Shown here in pieces: positions 62,124 to 64,000 of a stretch of DNA of 64,000 bases; position 1 is the stretch's first letter, and every line of letters begins with the position of its first letter. This stretch comes from an uncultured Gemmatimonadales bacterium (GTDB lineage: Bacteria; Gemmatimonadota; Gemmatimonadetes; Gemmatimonadales; GWC2-71-9): positions 608,001-672,000 of the forward strand of contig CAWJIM010000019.1 in the NCBI GenBank assembly GCA_963842945.1, written 5' to 3'. A program made the position numbers and the translations under genes. A model generated the notes under the pieces. That model had not been told where the DNA came from, made no database searches, and was given only the letters and a program-made list of their open reading frames with translations.

Positions 62124-63973
62124 CCTATCGTCTCCCGCTGGCTCTCGGCTGGCGCGCTCACGGCCGACGCCGCTTCGATCCAGGCCGGCCATTGCGGGCT
62201 TCCGGTCTCGAGTGAGCGTGTCCATCGTCCGTCCGGCCCCGCGGCGAAGCCGTGACCGGGTAGGAAGCCCGCCGCGACCTGGTTGCGCCCGGAGTCGATG
62301 AACTCGGCGGCGAGTGCCGTCGCCCCGGCCTCACGCGCGTCTTCCGCGATGCGAGCGAGGAGAGCCGTCTCCACCGACTTGCCGATGACCCGGCAGCTCA
62401 TCAGGAAGGACTCCAATTGCCACGTCCCCTCGCCCGGTACCACGATGGCCACCCCGGTGAGGCCGAAATCGCCGAAGCGGTCGGTGACCCGCATGGTGTA
62501 CACCCGCCACTCCCCGGACGCCGTCCGGCGCCGGATCGTGGACTCGTCGTGACGCCGTGTCGTCAGGTTGAACTGGTTGGTCTTGGCGAGGAGTTGCACC
62601 ACCCGGGCCACACTGTCGTCGTCGAGCTGCGTGATGTCCGCCCGCAGCCCCAGTCCCCGGAGAAAGGCTTCCACCGAGCCCACCGAGCCGCGGTAGGCCT
62701 CGCGGCTGCGAGATTCCTGGTACTGCCGGGTGCGCTGGGTGTCCTCCAGCGTCTGCTGGAGCACGATGAGCGACGGGAGTGAGCCGACCCAGCTCGCGTA
62801 CATCGTCGGATCGGACGGGAGCTCGGGGACCCGCAGCTCGGGAATCTCCTGCCGCACCCAGGCCCGCTCGTGCGGGCTGTCGTCGATCAGCAGCATGTGG
62901 TCGAGGCCGATGTTCAGCTCGCGGGCGATGTCGCGAATGTTGGTCGCCTTGTCGTCCCAGTTGATGCGGTAGGCCGCGAGGTGGGCCTCGCGGATCAGCA
63001 TGCTGGAATGCTCCCGCAGGACGGCGAGCGCCTCATGCTCGTTGTTCTTGCTGCAGAGCGCGAGGAGAATGCCCTGCCCCTGGAGGTCCAGCAGCTCGCG
63101 CTGGAAGTCCACGAACTCGCTGCCGGGCCACTGCGGTCCGAGGGCGATCCCCGCGGGCCCTTCCTCGCCGAGCACGCCGCCCCAGAGGGTGTTGTCCAGG
63201 TCGAGCACGATGCACTTCGTGGCCCTGCCCATGGCCGCCAGCGCGAACCCGACGTAGCGCTCGGCCACGGCGGCCATCAGCCGGTCGGACCACGTCACAT
63301 GACCGCGGTAGTGGGTGCGCCAGTTGAAGGCGTGATCGCGGCCCACCTGCGCCACGACATCCGCCAGGGGAAAGAGAAACGTATGGTCGCGGAGCGACAG
63401 ACGCAGCCGCAGATGCTTGTTGGCGTGCGCCACCGTGTGGGCGAAGGTGCCCTTGCTGCGGAAGGCGTTGACCCCTTCGGTGCTGCGGCGAGGCAGCACG
63501 AAGTCGTTCATGACCACGATCCCCGTGCCGGCCCGGTCGAAGACGTCCAATCCCGAGAACAGCGGCGTGAGGAGTCCGCCCACCACCGGCTCGGTCTTGA
63601 GCGGCGGCGACTCCGCCCACCGCTGGTTCCACAGTACGTCCGGGTCGACCGCGAGGAACGTGACCTTGGGCCGGAAGCGATAGAGCCCCGAGGTGGGATC
63701 GATCAGCTCCGAGAGATACTGACCGTAGGGAGCGACGTAGATATCGAGCCAGATGCCCGCCCTCGCGGCCTCCACCCGGAGGACAGGCACGAACGGCTCC
63801 AGCGTGAAGGAGCCGAGCAGCGCCACCCTGGCGCGGAGCCGGTCGGGCACGGCCCCCGCCGGGATGCGATCCAAGGCGCGTGCCGCCGCCTGATACGAGG
63901 ACCAGGCCTGCCCCGGTTCCACACCGGCGGCGATGCGCCGCAATGCGAGACTGTCGATCTCCTGCTGGCTCAT
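62120..63973 (-). CDS. FkbH-like HAD-IIIC glyceryl transferase
   Basis: LDLDNTLWGG, SKNN, IDDSPHER, KTNQFN and LMSCRV motifs. Confidence 0.93.
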   Translation of the reverse strand: MSQQEIDSLALRRIAAGVEPGQAWSSYQAAARALDRIPAGAVPDRLRARVALLGSFTLEPFVPVLRVEAARAGIWLDIYVAPYGQYLSELIDPTSGLYRFRPKVTFLAVDPDVLWNQRWAESPPLKTEPVVGGLLTPLFSGLDVFDRAGTGIVVMNDFVLPRRSTEGVNAFRSKGTFAHTVAHANKHLRLRLSLRDHTFLFPLADVVAQVGRDHAFNWRTHYRGHVTWSDRLMAAVAERYVGFALAAMGRATKCIVLDLDNTLWGGVLGEEGPAGIALGPQWPGSEFVDFQRELLDLQGQGILLALCSKNNEHEALAVLREHSSMLIREAHLAAYRINWDDKATNIRDIARELNIGLDHMLLIDDSPHERAWVRQEIPELRVPELPSDPTMYASWVGSLPSLIVLQQTLEDTQRTRQYQESRSREAYRGSVGSVEAFLRGLGLRADITQLDDDSVARVVQLLAKTNQFNLTTRRHDESTIRRRTASGEWRVYTMRVTDRFGDFGLTGVAIVVPGEGTWQLESFLMSCRVIGKSVETALLARIAEDAREAGATALAAEFIDSGRNQVAAGFLPGHGFAAGPDGRWTRSLETGSPQWPAWIEAASAVSAPAESQRETIG

Positions 63974-64000
63974 GCCGACTGCTTACCTTCGGGTGAAGAT

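Overview
A high-GC bacterial chromosome segment, most likely Gemmatimonadota (inferred from the LADRY..RELGGGGMSRV Ser/Thr kinase, an ADOP-type permease, Ig-like repeat proteins and futalosine-type menaquinone genes). It holds about 60 mostly housekeeping genes: late menaquinone genes, a SigW-like ECF operon, Fe-S carriers, guaB, gpmI, a molybdenum-cofactor cluster, htpX-terC, a lysine/DAP operon, ETF, ETF-QO and an acyl-CoA dehydrogenase, and part of an FkbH/ACP/glycosyltransferase cluster. More than a dozen genes carry apparent single-base frameshifts, probably long-read sequencing errors. I found no rRNA, tRNA, CRISPR array or transposase. The strongest leads are: (1) an ECF sigma, an unusual anti-sigma with twin CCxDxDGGGxADDG motifs and a TonB receptor recalling lanthanide-uptake receptors, together bracketed by direct repeats; (2) a Met/Thr/Lys leader-peptide attenuator before the dap operon, plus a 9-residue remnant of a deleted aspartokinase; (3) a dead HtrA-PDZ, an active PDZ-less protease and a LuxR regulator under a 7-2-7 operator; (4) a family of REP-like palindromes that supply stop codons and enter coding sequence; (5) several unannotated cis-regulatory architectures. 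All protein calls rest on motif recognition, without database searches.
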